Shown here: in pieces, positions 9,480 to 19,657 of the stretch
Numbering within the stretch: position 1 is the stretch's first letter
Layout: every line of letters starts with the position of its first letter
DNA from: an uncultured Anaerolineales bacterium
Lineage (GTDB): Bacteria; Chloroflexota; Anaerolineae; Anaerolineales; UBA4823
DNA length: 61,350 nucleotides
Direction of reading: 5' to 3'
Assembly: GCA_937968125.1 (NCBI GenBank)
Contig: CALBUI010000046.1
Coordinates: 1-61,350, forward strand
Program-made: the position numbers and the translations under genes
Notes under the pieces: model-generated
Seen by the model: the letters and a program-made list of their open reading frames with translations, nothing else
What the model was told of the DNA's origin: nothing
Database searches by the model: none

Positions 9480-10346
9480 ATGAATATCTATAAAATCTTG
9501 GTCGTAATCGGGGCACTAGCATTAACTACGCTTGCCTGCACGTTCACAATCGATAATCAGATTCAAGGTGTAACTGTTGGTTCACTGGAATCCACAGAAA
9601 TTGAAGTGTCGGAGCCAGATTCGGATCAGATTACCAGAGTGGTTCTTGAATTTGGCGCCGGGCAGCTAGATCTCAGCCCTGGCGCGAGAGACGCTCTCAT
9701 CTCCGGGACGGCTACCTATAACGTCGCAGAATTCGAGCCCCAAGTCACCTTTGATGACAGTCGAGTCAAAATCTCACAACAGGTTGATGAGGTTAACCTC
9801 ATTCCGATCCTGGACGATCAATTACAGAACGAGTGGGATTTGCAGTTTGGCACTTCGCCAATGGAACTTGAGATTTCTGCTGGCGGTTACCAGGGCGATT
9901 TCGAACTAGGTGGCATTCCGCTGCATGAACTGCGGATTGCTGAAGGTGCGGCTGATACCAGTTTATCGTTCTCGGAATTAAACCCGGTCGAGATGGACAC
10001 ACTTCGCTATGATACTGGGGCTTCTCGAGCCACACTTTCTGGATTAGCAAATGCCAATTTTCGAGATTTCGATTTTCGCAGCGGAGCAGGTGATTATCGG
10101 CTGGATTTTTCAGGCCAGCTGCAGCAGGATGCTGATGTCAGTATTAAATCTGGTTTGAGCAGTATCGTGATCATCGTCCCAGAAGGAACACCTGCGACGG
10201 TAAGGTTCGAAGGCGGCTTGACCAATGTTGACCGCAATGGAGCATGGGAAAGATCCGGAGGGGCCTATACGATGGCCGGTGAGGGTCCAGAATTGAACAT
10301 CACGATTGAAATAGGGGCAGGCAATCTGGAGCTTCGAGATCGATGA
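9480..10346 (+). CDS. Toast-rack/DUF2154-like beta-solenoid lipoprotein
   Basis: Lipobox TTLAC; repeated G-A-G beta-strand motifs (EFGAGQLDL, SGAGDYRLD, IGAGNLEL). Confidence 0.8.
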   Translation: MNIYKILVVIGALALTTLACTFTIDNQIQGVTVGSLESTEIEVSEPDSDQITRVVLEFGAGQLDLSPGARDALISGTATYNVAEFEPQVTFDDSRVKISQQVDEVNLIPILDDQLQNEWDLQFGTSPMELEISAGGYQGDFELGGIPLHELRIAEGAADTSLSFSELNPVEMDTLRYDTGASRATLSGLANANFRDFDFRSGAGDYRLDFSGQLQQDADVSIKSGLSSIVIIVPEGTPATVRFEGGLTNVDRNGAWERSGGAYTMAGEGPELNITIEIGAGNLELRDR

Positions 10347-10368
10347 TATCTGAATTTACCCAAATGAA

Positions 10369-10402
10369 ATTCGACCCGCAGGTACTTTTCTGCGGGTCGA
10401 AT
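10369..10402. terminator. Bidirectional terminator hairpin
   Basis: ATTCGACCCGCA...TGCGGGTCGAAT, 12-bp perfect stem between convergent genes. Confidence 0.75.
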
Positions 10403-10423
10403 CTGTTATCTGTGTTTTCCTAG

Positions 10424-10834
10424 CTAGTCCAGGGCGCTGTAACCAGGTCCATCCTGGAAGTAATCATAGTTAGGTTGAATATCCTGAGTTAGATCGATGA
10501 TCTCTCCAGCTTCTGCAGTGCGGACACCTTCGAGGTGGACGGCCTCGCCGTGATGGTCTGAGCCATCGAAAACCTCGTCAAAGCCTGCGGTACCCTTAGG
10601 CATGCTCAGCTGTTCACTGCCTTTGGCTTCATATGCCTCGGGCACTTCATCTTCAACAAAGATCGCTTCAAATGGGCATTCAGGGATGCAAGCCCCGCAA
10701 TCGATGCAAGTATCTGGGTCGATGTAGTACCAGGGCCACTCCTCGACTGGTTTCCCAGGCACAATGCACTCTACTGGGCAAACATCAACACACCCAGAAT
10801 CGCGCAGGCACAAACTAGTGATAATGTAAGTCAT
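10424..10834 (-). CDS. 7Fe/dicluster-type ferredoxin with extended C-terminal region
   Basis: MTYII..C.....CVDVCPVECI and CIDCGACIPECP motifs. Confidence 0.9.
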   Translation of the reverse strand: MTYIITSLCLRDSGCVDVCPVECIVPGKPVEEWPWYYIDPDTCIDCGACIPECPFEAIFVEDEVPEAYEAKGSEQLSMPKGTAGFDEVFDGSDHHGEAVHLEGVRTAEAGEIIDLTQDIQPNYDYFQDGPGYSALD

Positions 10835-10931
10835 TGAATGAACCTCCCAATCTTTGAGATTGATTAAACCGGAATGTCGTTAATTAATTTTACCTCAAAT
10901 CCTTTTTACAAGCGGTGAAGGATTCCGGAAA

Positions 10932-11540
10932 TTATGCTGCTTCAGAGTACCGGCGAGCAACTTCTTCCCAATTTACTACATTCCACCAATTGGATACATA
11001 TTCGGGACGACGATTTTGATATTTAAGGTAATACGCATGTTCCCATACATCGATTCCCAAGACCGGAGTCAATCCTTCCAGCATAGGAACATCCTGGTTC
11101 GGCATCGAGAGGACGGCTAGCTTGCCATCCTTGACTCCGAGCCAGGCCCAACCGCTGCCAAAACGGGTGGCAGCTGCTTTAGCGAAAATCTCTTTGAAGG
11201 CAGCAAAATCACCAAAGGCTGCTCCAATCGCTGCAGCCAAATCACCACTGGGTTCCCCGCCACCACCAGGTGACATTACTGTCCAGAAAAGGCTGTGGTT
11301 GAAATGCCCGCCGCCATTATTGCGCACGGCAGTGCGGATGTCTTCGGGGACGGCTGCCAGATCTGTCGCTAAATCATCGAGAGATTTACCAGCAAGTTCA
11401 GGGTGTTTTTCCAAGGCTGCATTGAGGTTGCTTACATAAGCGTTATGATGTTTTCCATGATGAATTTCCATCGTCATGGCATCGATAGAGGGTTCCAAAG
11501 CTCCGTAGGCATATGGAAGTGAAGGTAATTCAAAAGTCAT
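10932..11540 (-). CDS. sodA: Fe/Mn superoxide dismutase
   Basis: [31 protein letters not shown]. Confidence 0.96.
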   Translation of the reverse strand: MTFELPSLPYAYGALEPSIDAMTMEIHHGKHHNAYVSNLNAALEKHPELAGKSLDDLATDLAAVPEDIRTAVRNNGGGHFNHSLFWTVMSPGGGGEPSGDLAAAIGAAFGDFAAFKEIFAKAAATRFGSGWAWLGVKDGKLAVLSMPNQDVPMLEGLTPVLGIDVWEHAYYLKYQNRRPEYVSNWWNVVNWEEVARRYSEAA

Positions 11541-11628
11541 CGCGTTCTCCTTTATTTCAGATATGAATTTTATTGGGGTTGACTGTTTGATGAGTTGTGA
11601 TGTAGCATAATCGGAAATCTATTTTAGG

Positions 11629-11656
11629 ATTGTAACATCGCTTGAATACCTGTCAA
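11629..11656 (-). promoter_or_regulatory. sigma70-type promoter of sodA
   Basis: Minus strand TTGACA-N16-TACAAT with extended -10 TG. Confidence 0.6.
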
Positions 11657-11676
11657 GATATTGGCTGCTCCCACTC

Positions 11677-12648
11677 ATGAGAGAATCATCTAATAAACCA
11701 TTTCTGCCACCGATTCTGGTGATCATCTTCGGCATCCTGGCAGTCTCAACTGGTTCGATCTTTGTAAGGTACGCTCAAGTCTTCGCTCCTTCCATTGTGA
11801 TCGCAGCCTATCGATTGGGTTTGGCGACTCTTTTCTTGACGCCAATTGCATTGATCAGGCATCGATCCGAATTGGCAGAGATCCAGGGAAATGAACGCAG
11901 GTTGGCGATTGGTTCAGGTATATTTTTAGCGCTTCACTTCGCGACCTGGATCACATCCTTGGAGTTCACCACCGTAGTCAGTTCCGTCGTTTTAGTATCG
12001 ACTGCGCCTTTGTGGGTGGCGCTCCTCTCCCCGATAACTATCAAAGAGCCATTGACAAAACCCGTGCTAATCGGAATGGGATTGGCTTTTTTGGGTGTGA
12101 TAGTCGTTGGCACTAGCGATGTGTGTTCGGTACAAGATGGGGGCTTGGTTTGCCCGCCATTTAATGAATTTATCCGTGGAGATGCATTCATTGGGGATCT
12201 GCTGGCGTTGGTTGGAGCCTGGATGGCAGCCGGATACCTGCTGATCGGCAGAAGGTTAAGAGTTGGTATTTCCCTGGTGCCTTATATTTTCATTGTTTAT
12301 GGAATTGCAGCCGTGGTTTTAATCATTATCATGTTTGCTTCTGGGCAATCGGCATTCGGTTACCCCCCCCAAACTTATCTCTGGTTCGTCTTGTTAGCCC
12401 TGGTGCCGCAATTATTCGGCCATTCCAGCTTCAATTGGGCGCTTGGTTACCTCTCGGCCGCGTTTGTCTCAATCACCTTGCTAGGTGAACCTATCGGGTC
12501 TGCGGTGCTGGCCTATATTTTGCTCGACGAGACACCGACATTGCTGAAAATATTTGGTGCTATACTTATTCTCGCTGGAATATATATTGCATCCCGTGGT
12601 GAAACAAAAGACCAGGCTGCAGACATTGAAAATAATCTGGCAAACTAA
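11677..12648 (+). CDS. DMT/EamA-family transporter
   Basis: About 10 TM helices in two EamA repeats (LALHFATW, LGEPIGS). Confidence 0.9.
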   Translation: MRESSNKPFLPPILVIIFGILAVSTGSIFVRYAQVFAPSIVIAAYRLGLATLFLTPIALIRHRSELAEIQGNERRLAIGSGIFLALHFATWITSLEFTTVVSSVVLVSTAPLWVALLSPITIKEPLTKPVLIGMGLAFLGVIVVGTSDVCSVQDGGLVCPPFNEFIRGDAFIGDLLALVGAWMAAGYLLIGRRLRVGISLVPYIFIVYGIAAVVLIIIMFASGQSAFGYPPQTYLWFVLLALVPQLFGHSSFNWALGYLSAAFVSITLLGEPIGSAVLAYILLDETPTLLKIFGAILILAGIYIASRGETKDQAADIENNLAN

Positions 12649-12722
12649 TCCTTCCTCCACAAATAATGAGTGCGGTGACGATCTCTTAAATGGAAGGTTG
12701 ATTTTTTTAGCAGGTAGTTGCG

Positions 12723-14924
12723 ATGGCAAAGAAATATCCCAAAGAGACCAGCCAGGCAAATAAGGCCGCGGAGTTGGAAGACTCTTCTCAAGTTGCAAGC
12801 GCATCTTTGCGATTCATGGGAAAGATGGGTCGCTACATTTGGGATATTGCCGGCGTATTAATCTTAACCGTTGGATTGCTGACTTTCCTGGCGCTTATCG
12901 AATTGACCAATGGGGTGGTCATTTCCTGGTGGGCAGGACTCTTGCAACGTTGGTTTGGATTAGGAAGTTATTTATTTGTTCCAATCGTATTGGGTTTGGG
13001 AATCATTTTGATAATCCAGAGGTCGAATACAGTAGAGAAAATGAGTTGGGGCCGGATCCTGACCCTGGAAATTGCAGTATTCGCCTTGCTTGCTCTGCTG
13101 GCCATTACTGGAGACAGCTCCCTTGAGAGGGCGACGCAGGGTTTGGATGGTGGCTTGGTAGGTTGGGGGCTGGCGGAATTGATGGGGACATTTATCCGGC
13201 CTGGCTGGCTGCTGATCTTCATCTTGTCGGTAGTGGTTTTCCTCTCGGTATTGATTGGGACTGGTGCCGCGGCCTATCTTGGGCGTCTTGCACAAGAATT
13301 TGCAGCTGTTAACAATGAATTGGTTGAGGTCGAATCAGGGGTAAGTATCGGAGATGAGATCTCTGAAGAAAAATCGGCTAAGAAGAAAAAGAAACCTACC
13401 CGCTTGCCAGCAGAATACCGCAAGAAATTCAAAATCCAGGTCAATGATGAGAAGATGGCAAAACCGCCAATCCGGGATGAAAGGCTCCCCGAATTGGATT
13501 TATTGATCAATGAACAATCTGCCAAACCAGATGAACGAAACATCAATTTGACTGCCGGTTTAATCGAGAAAACGCTGGCTGAATTCGGTATCCCTGCTCA
13601 GGTCGTTGATTTTCAAGTGGGTCCAACAGTGACCCAATTCGCAGTCGTGCCCGGGTTTGTAGAAAAGGGGAACACCGAAGAAGAGATCACCCGTCAAAAA
13701 GTTCGTGTGGCCCAAATCTCCTCGCTTTCTCGCGATCTAGCCCTCGCCTTATCTGCTCCAAGCTTGCGTATTGAAGCTCCTGTTCCAGGAAGACCTTATA
13801 TTGGCATTGAGGTTCCGAATACTCGTTCCACGGTGGTCCGTCTGCGTCCAATATTGGAGACAGAAGCTTTCTATAAATTCGGTTCTCCATTGACGATCGC
13901 CTTAGGAAGAGATGTGTCCGGACAGGCTGTCGTTGCTGATTTAGCGAGTATGCCCCATTTGTTGATCGCAGGTACAACCGGTTCTGGGAAATCTGTCTGC
14001 ATTGCCGCGTTAACCACCTGTCTGGTGATGAACAATACCCCAGAGGATTTGAGGATCGTCATGATCGATCCCAAGATGGTCGAACTGGTGCGGTTCAACG
14101 GACTTCCCCACCTGTACGGGAAAGTCGAGACAGATCTGGAGCGGATATTAGGAGTCTTGCGTTGGGTGGTAGCGGAGATGGATAACCGTTATAAATTATT
14201 AGAAACCTCCCGATCCCGCAACATCAATACTTATAACAAGAAGATGCGCCGGAAACGTGACGGTGAAACCTTGCCGCACATTGTGGTGATGATCGATGAG
14301 CTGGCGGATTTAATGATGTCCGCCCCGGAGCAGACCGAGCCAGCCCTGGTACGTCTCGCCCAGATGGCACGCGCCACGGGAATTCATCTGGTTGTCGCCA
14401 CCCAACGTCCCAGCACAGACGTGGTCACTGGATTGATCAAGGCCAATTTCCCTGCCAGGATCTCTTTCGCGGTGGCTTCATCGATCGATTCGAGGGTTAT
14501 TCTCGATACAACCGGTGCAGAATCATTGCTGGGCAGGGGAGATATGCTCTTTCTACCTCCAGAAGCAGGCTCTCCGTTGCGAGCGCAAAGTGTGATGGTC
14601 TCTGATGAGGAGATTGAGAGAGCGATCACTTTTTGGCAGGGAACTCATCCTCATGATGAGAGCCAGGCGCCACCATGGGATGCTCTGCTAGAGCAGGAAG
14701 CGATCTTGGCACAGAAAGATCAATTGATTGATAAAGCTATTGCCATCGTTCAAGAGACCCAGAGAGCTAGTGCTTCGATGCTGCAGCGACGCCTGCGAAT
14801 TGGATATCCACGAGCGGCACGCTTGATCGATGAATTGGAAGAGCTCGGGGTTGTCGGACCTTCACTAGGTGGTGGCAGGGAGCGGGAAGTGTTGATTGGA
14901 CCTGATGATGATCTCTCTGCTTGA
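12723..14924 (+). CDS. ftsK: DNA translocase FtsK/SpoIIIE
   Basis: 4TM N-terminus, Walker A GTTGSGKS, IDELADLM, ATQRPS, gamma domain LQRRLRIGYPRAARL. Confidence 0.96.
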   Translation: MAKKYPKETSQANKAAELEDSSQVASASLRFMGKMGRYIWDIAGVLILTVGLLTFLALIELTNGVVISWWAGLLQRWFGLGSYLFVPIVLGLGIILIIQRSNTVEKMSWGRILTLEIAVFALLALLAITGDSSLERATQGLDGGLVGWGLAELMGTFIRPGWLLIFILSVVVFLSVLIGTGAAAYLGRLAQEFAAVNNELVEVESGVSIGDEISEEKSAKKKKKPTRLPAEYRKKFKIQVNDEKMAKPPIRDERLPELDLLINEQSAKPDERNINLTAGLIEKTLAEFGIPAQVVDFQVGPTVTQFAVVPGFVEKGNTEEEITRQKVRVAQISSLSRDLALALSAPSLRIEAPVPGRPYIGIEVPNTRSTVVRLRPILETEAFYKFGSPLTIALGRDVSGQAVVADLASMPHLLIAGTTGSGKSVCIAALTTCLVMNNTPEDLRIVMIDPKMVELVRFNGLPHLYGKVETDLERILGVLRWVVAEMDNRYKLLETSRSRNINTYNKKMRRKRDGETLPHIVVMIDELADLMMSAPEQTEPALVRLAQMARATGIHLVVATQRPSTDVVTGLIKANFPARISFAVASSIDSRVILDTTGAESLLGRGDMLFLPPEAGSPLRAQSVMVSDEEIERAITFWQGTHPHDESQAPPWDALLEQEAILAQKDQLIDKAIAIVQETQRASASMLQRRLRIGYPRAARLIDELEELGVVGPSLGGGREREVLIGPDDDLSA

Positions 14925-14992
14925 CAGTCTCCTTCCCTTAAGTTAGCATAACGGATCGTGAAAATTAAAGTCAGAAAAAGGATTTAAATACC

Positions 14993-15619
14993 GTGGAACA
15001 GGCCTCAGAGGAAAAAAAGCGAATTACTTTTACCGATCAGATGCGCCTTCGATTCCGGGGGGTATTAGATCCGATCGGAGGATTTTTAAATCGAATTGGG
15101 TTGATGCCCAATACGATGACGATCCTGGGTTTAATCGGGAATACTGTCGGAGCTGTCTTCCTATCTCAAGGACAAATGACCTGGGGAGGATTAATCATTC
15201 TTGCCATGGGACCGGTGGACGCGCTGGATGGTACCATGGCTCGTTTACGAGGGGAGCCAAGTGAGTTTGGCGCATTTGTTGATTCAGTGACAGACCGTTA
15301 CTCCGAATTGGTAATTTTTGGTGGTCTGCTTATTTATTATGCCCAACAGGGGAATTGGACTGCAGCCCTTGTTACATATTTCGCCGCGGGTGGCTCGGTG
15401 CTGGTATCCTATATCCGAGCTCGATCCTCATCTCTCGGGTATGATACAAAAGTTGGTATTCTAACCCGTATGGAGCGATATCTGGTATTAGCCCCAACGT
15501 TGGTCTTGAACATCCCCCTGGTTGGTCTCTGGATCATTGCTATTTTAGCCAATATCACCGCATTGCAAAGGATCTGGGATGTTCGCCGTCAAATGCGCGA
15601 GGGCAGCAAGGAGAGTTAG
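14993..15619 (+). CDS. CDP-alcohol phosphatidyltransferase (PIP-synthase/PgsA-like)
   Basis: DALDGTMAR...GAFVDSVTDR signature; VSYIRAR. Confidence 0.9.
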   Translation: MEQASEEKKRITFTDQMRLRFRGVLDPIGGFLNRIGLMPNTMTILGLIGNTVGAVFLSQGQMTWGGLIILAMGPVDALDGTMARLRGEPSEFGAFVDSVTDRYSELVIFGGLLIYYAQQGNWTAALVTYFAAGGSVLVSYIRARSSSLGYDTKVGILTRMERYLVLAPTLVLNIPLVGLWIIAILANITALQRIWDVRRQMREGSKES

Positions 15620-16441
15620 ATGGGAATTCAGATTGGCCAGATAACGATTTACTACTACGGGATTATCATCATGCTGGGCGCGGTAGCCGCGGCTTGGTTA
15701 GCTTCCGTGGAAGCCCGCCGGAAAGGCGCCAGCAGCGAGATCGTGTGGGACGGGTTGGTTTGGGTTTTGATTGGCGGCATCATCGGTGCTCGCCTCTGGC
15801 ATATTTTCACCCCTCCAGCCTCTATGGTTGAAGCCGGATATACAACCATGTACTACCTGACTCATCCCCTGGATGCGATCAACATCCGTGCGGGTGGACT
15901 CGGCATCCCCGGGGCGGTGATAGGTGGCTTGTTGGCATTATATATTTTCGCCCGCCGGAGGAAGCTTGAGTTTGCTTTTTGGCTGGACGTGGTTGCTCCT
16001 GCATTGGCTTTGGGCCAGGCGATTGGGCGCTGGGGCAATTTTTTCAATCAGGAGCTTTACGGCAGCCCAAGCGCGCTTCCCTGGGCGATTGAAATTCAAC
16101 CACAAAATCGTTTGCCAGGATTCGAAAACCAGGCCACATATCACCCTCTGTTCTTGTATGAATCGTTATGGAATTTTGGCATCGTGGCTCTGCTGCTCTT
16201 TTTGGGCAGAAGATACGATGATCGCTTAATTAACGGGGACTTGTTTTTGATTTATTTGATCACCTACCCATTAGGTCGCTTTTTACTTGAATTCCTACGC
16301 CTTGATCCAGCCCGGGTAGGGGGGATAAATATCAACCAAACCGTGATGTTATTAGTAATGCTTGTCGCAACTGGATTGCTAATTTGGCGACATCGCAAAC
16401 GGGGTAGTTCGGATGTGGAAGCCGTTGGGGTTGAAAAATAA
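15620..16441 (+). CDS. lgt: Prolipoprotein diacylglyceryl transferase
   Basis: YYGII, GQAIGRWGNFFNQELYG, HPLFLYES, RFLLEFLR. Confidence 0.95.
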   Translation: MGIQIGQITIYYYGIIIMLGAVAAAWLASVEARRKGASSEIVWDGLVWVLIGGIIGARLWHIFTPPASMVEAGYTTMYYLTHPLDAINIRAGGLGIPGAVIGGLLALYIFARRRKLEFAFWLDVVAPALALGQAIGRWGNFFNQELYGSPSALPWAIEIQPQNRLPGFENQATYHPLFLYESLWNFGIVALLLFLGRRYDDRLINGDLFLIYLITYPLGRFLLEFLRLDPARVGGININQTVMLLVMLVATGLLIWRHRKRGSSDVEAVGVEK

Positions 16442-16465
16442 TTATTTTTACGTCACCATTTTATT

Positions 16466-17413
16466 ATGATCGTTACCGAAGACCTCAGCAAAGAATTTGA
16501 GGAATTCATCGCAGTTGATGGGGTAAATTTGAAGGTCAGGGCGGGCGAGGTACTGGCACTCCTGGGGCCTAATGGCTCTGGAAAGACAACCACAGTTCGC
16601 ATGCTGACCTCAATCCTGGGTCCCACCCGGGGGCGGGCTCGCGTGGCTGGATATGATGTTGTCCAGCAACCGGACCAGGTTCGCGCCTCAGTGGGAGTTC
16701 TTACTGAACACCACGGGTTGTATTCGCGCATGCCTGCAGCTGAATACCTCGATTTCTTTGGCCAACTTTACGGGATCGACCAGCACAGCCGTCAGAAGCG
16801 CGCTGATGAAATGCTGGAGAGATTTGGTTTAGAGCCTTATAAAACTCGCGCGGTGGGTAAATTCTCGCGAGGCATGCAGCAAAAGCTTTCCTTAGCCCGT
16901 ACCCTGATCCATGAGCCGCCTGTTCTCCTTCTGGATGAGCCAACCTCGGCGATGGATCCGGAAAGCGCGCGCCTGGTGCGCGACGCTATACAAGTTCTGC
17001 GTTCTTCTGATCGGGCGATAATTCTCTGTACGCATAACCTAGCTGAAGCCGAGGAGTTGGCAGATAAAATCGCTATTATCCGCTACGGAAGGATCATCGC
17101 CCAGGGAACCCCTGAGGAGCTGAGACAGCGTTTGCTCGGTCCTGCGGTCTACGAAGTCCGCTTCGGATTTTCCACAAATTTGGATCAGCTCAGCCTGCCT
17201 AATAATTTGCAAATAAGCGCCCGTGGGGAAAATTGGCTGCGCTATCGCTCCTCACAGCCTGAGATTGATAATCCAATGGTCTTGCAGTACCTGCTCAATC
17301 AGAGCTTAAAAGTTATAGGCCTTGAAGAGGTCCCAAGAAGCCTGGAACAAATCTACTTGCAGGTGATGAATGAGCCCCAATCGATCCATCTGGAGCCAGC
17401 CACTGATGGATAG
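16466..17413 (+). CDS. ABC transporter ATP-binding protein (ABC-2 type)
   Basis: GPNGSGKT, FSRGMQQK, LLLDEPT, TH motif. Confidence 0.95.
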   Translation: MIVTEDLSKEFEEFIAVDGVNLKVRAGEVLALLGPNGSGKTTTVRMLTSILGPTRGRARVAGYDVVQQPDQVRASVGVLTEHHGLYSRMPAAEYLDFFGQLYGIDQHSRQKRADEMLERFGLEPYKTRAVGKFSRGMQQKLSLARTLIHEPPVLLLDEPTSAMDPESARLVRDAIQVLRSSDRAIILCTHNLAEAEELADKIAIIRYGRIIAQGTPEELRQRLLGPAVYEVRFGFSTNLDQLSLPNNLQISARGENWLRYRSSQPEIDNPMVLQYLLNQSLKVIGLEEVPRSLEQIYLQVMNEPQSIHLEPATDG

Positions 17414-18824
17414 CCTGAGACCAGCTCTGGTTATTACCCGGCGGGAAGTGAGAGATCACTTTCGCGATTGGCGCATCCTAAGCCCTATCCTGCTCCTGAT
17501 AATCATGCTGCCCCTCCTAATGAATTATGCCTCGGGGCGCTTTCTGGTATTTGCCGATCGATATGGGGCTCAAATCGAAATTGACCAGGTATTTCCGTTT
17601 ATGTTGATGGTCGTCGGGTTTTTCCCAGTGACTGTAGCCCTGGTTCTGGCACTCGAGAGTTTCGTCGGCGAAAAAGAGCGGCGTAGTTTAGAACCCCTGC
17701 TGAGCAGCCCATTAACTGATTTCCAGATATATTTTGGAAAACTGCTGGCGGCCTTAATACCTTCATTAATGGCCAGCTATCTCGGCATGTTTTTGTACCT
17801 GTTGTGGGTATATTTCCAAGGAATTTGGTTTCCAGAAATCACTCAATTAATCCAGATTTTTGCCCTTGCCACGACAAACTGTTTGATCATGATCAGCGGC
17901 GCGGTTGTGGTCTCCTCCCAAACCACCTCGATGCGGGCGGCAAATTTGTTGGCGGTGTTCATCATCCTACCGATGGCAGTCCTGCTGCAAGCTGAAAGCG
18001 CGGTTATCGTCTGGGCAGACAATATGGTTTTGTTCTGGGTACTGGTAGGGGAAACTATCGTCGCAATTTTGCTGGTAAGAATTGGTCTCGCTCATTTCAA
18101 CCGGGAGGAACTGGTAGGAAATGAATTCGACTCCTTTGATGTGCGCAAGGGTTTTACCATATTCTGGAAAGATTTTCGTGGAGAAGCGAATACACCCTGG
18201 GAATGGTATCGCAAAGAATTGAAGGTTACCTTCGAGAAGATGCGTTTGCCTGCCTTATTAGTCATCGTGGTACTGATTGCTGGATTGGTGCTTGGGGCGA
18301 GCCTGGCAGATCAATTTGTGATTCCATCCGAGTTCATCAGCGTGGAATCAATTAAAGATGGCACGATTAGCGGTAATGAAAACTTGCGTTTCTTTGAAAA
18401 CAGTAATGTACCTTTAGTTTGGTTCAATAACTTGCGTAATATTATCCTGGCAACAATTGCAGGACTATTATCATTTGGAGTGCTGGCGTTAATCGTTATG
18501 GTTCTGCCTGTGCTTATGATTGGTTTTTTTACCGCGTCTATTGCCAGCGCTGGCCTTTCTCCATTCTTGTTCTTGCTGGCGTTTGTAATTCCGCACAGCA
18601 TATTAGAGATTCCGGCCATTATCCTGGCTGGAGCAGCGATATTTCGGCTTGGGGCGGCGATTGCTTCACCCTCCCAGGGGAAAACCATTGGTGAATCTTG
18701 GCTGGCCGCGATGGTAGATTGGGCAAAGGTTATGGTTGGGTTGGTGCTACCTCTCTTATTAGGAGCGGCAATTTTGGAGGTCTTGGTGACTCCCCGCGTC
18801 GCTTCTTGGATATTCGGTGGATAA
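17406..18824 (+). CDS. ABC-2 permease fused to SpoIIM/DUF95-like membrane domain
   Basis: N-half GEKERRSLEPLLSSPL...GK; C-half FNNLR, PHSILEIPAI, AAILEVLVTP; ATG 17406 overlaps the ATPase stop. Confidence 0.85.
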   Translation: MDSLRPALVITRREVRDHFRDWRILSPILLLIIMLPLLMNYASGRFLVFADRYGAQIEIDQVFPFMLMVVGFFPVTVALVLALESFVGEKERRSLEPLLSSPLTDFQIYFGKLLAALIPSLMASYLGMFLYLLWVYFQGIWFPEITQLIQIFALATTNCLIMISGAVVVSSQTTSMRAANLLAVFIILPMAVLLQAESAVIVWADNMVLFWVLVGETIVAILLVRIGLAHFNREELVGNEFDSFDVRKGFTIFWKDFRGEANTPWEWYRKELKVTFEKMRLPALLVIVVLIAGLVLGASLADQFVIPSEFISVESIKDGTISGNENLRFFENSNVPLVWFNNLRNIILATIAGLLSFGVLALIVMVLPVLMIGFFTASIASAGLSPFLFLLAFVIPHSILEIPAIILAGAAIFRLGAAIASPSQGKTIGESWLAAMVDWAKVMVGLVLPLLLGAAILEVLVTPRVASWIFGG

Positions 18825-18863
18825 ATTCGTTCTCTCCCGGAGAACAAAATCAAAGGAAATTAC

Positions 18864-19619
18864 ATGCCAAAAGTGATTATTCTCGGTTCTTCCAATGCAA
18901 TCCCTGATGAAGACCATGAAAACAGCCATATGGCTCTGGTTGGCGCTGAACGCTTAATACTGATCGACTGTGTCAACAATCCCATCGTCCGTTTGAGAAA
19001 AGCCGGTCTTGAGATTGAAAATATCACCGATCTCATCTTGACCCATTTCCATCCCGATCATGTCTCCGGTGTTCCTTTACTTTTGATGGATTTATGGTTG
19101 TTGGGACGTAAGGAAGAATTGAGGATTTACGGACTGGATTTCACTCTGGACAGGCTTGAAACGATGATGGACCTCTATGGCTGGGATACTTGGCCGAATT
19201 TCTTTCCGGTGCAGATGCACCGTTTGGCAGAAGAAGCAATGACCTTGGTCCAGGAGAACGAGCAATGGAAGATATTCTCCTCGCCAGTGAAACACATCAT
19301 TCCCAATATCGGACTGCGGATAGAGTTCCCTGAATCGGGCAAAGTTTTTGCTTATTCAGGTGATACGGAACCAACTCCAGAAGTGGTTCAATTAGCCAAG
19401 GACGCTAACCTGTTAATCCATGAAGCGACCGGTGCCTCATTAGGTCACACGGATGCAGCGCAGGCGGGTCAGATCGCAACAAGTGCAGGAGCAGAGCAGC
19501 TCTTCCTGATCCATTATGCAAATGGGAAGTTCAAAGATAATGGAATCGTGGCTAAAGCCGCGCAAGAATTTAGCGGCCCGGTAGGTTTGGCCGAAGATTT
19601 TTTGGAGTTTGATTTTTAA
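18864..19619 (+). CDS. RNase Z-like metallo-beta-lactamase
   Basis: ILGS, THFHPDH, YSGDT, HEAT, GHT, LIHY motifs. Confidence 0.85.
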   Translation: MPKVIILGSSNAIPDEDHENSHMALVGAERLILIDCVNNPIVRLRKAGLEIENITDLILTHFHPDHVSGVPLLLMDLWLLGRKEELRIYGLDFTLDRLETMMDLYGWDTWPNFFPVQMHRLAEEAMTLVQENEQWKIFSSPVKHIIPNIGLRIEFPESGKVFAYSGDTEPTPEVVQLAKDANLLIHEATGASLGHTDAAQAGQIATSAGAEQLFLIHYANGKFKDNGIVAKAAQEFSGPVGLAEDFLEFDF

Positions 19620-19657
19620 ATCGGGGGGAATTCAGGATTTTCCCAAGGAAAATCTGA

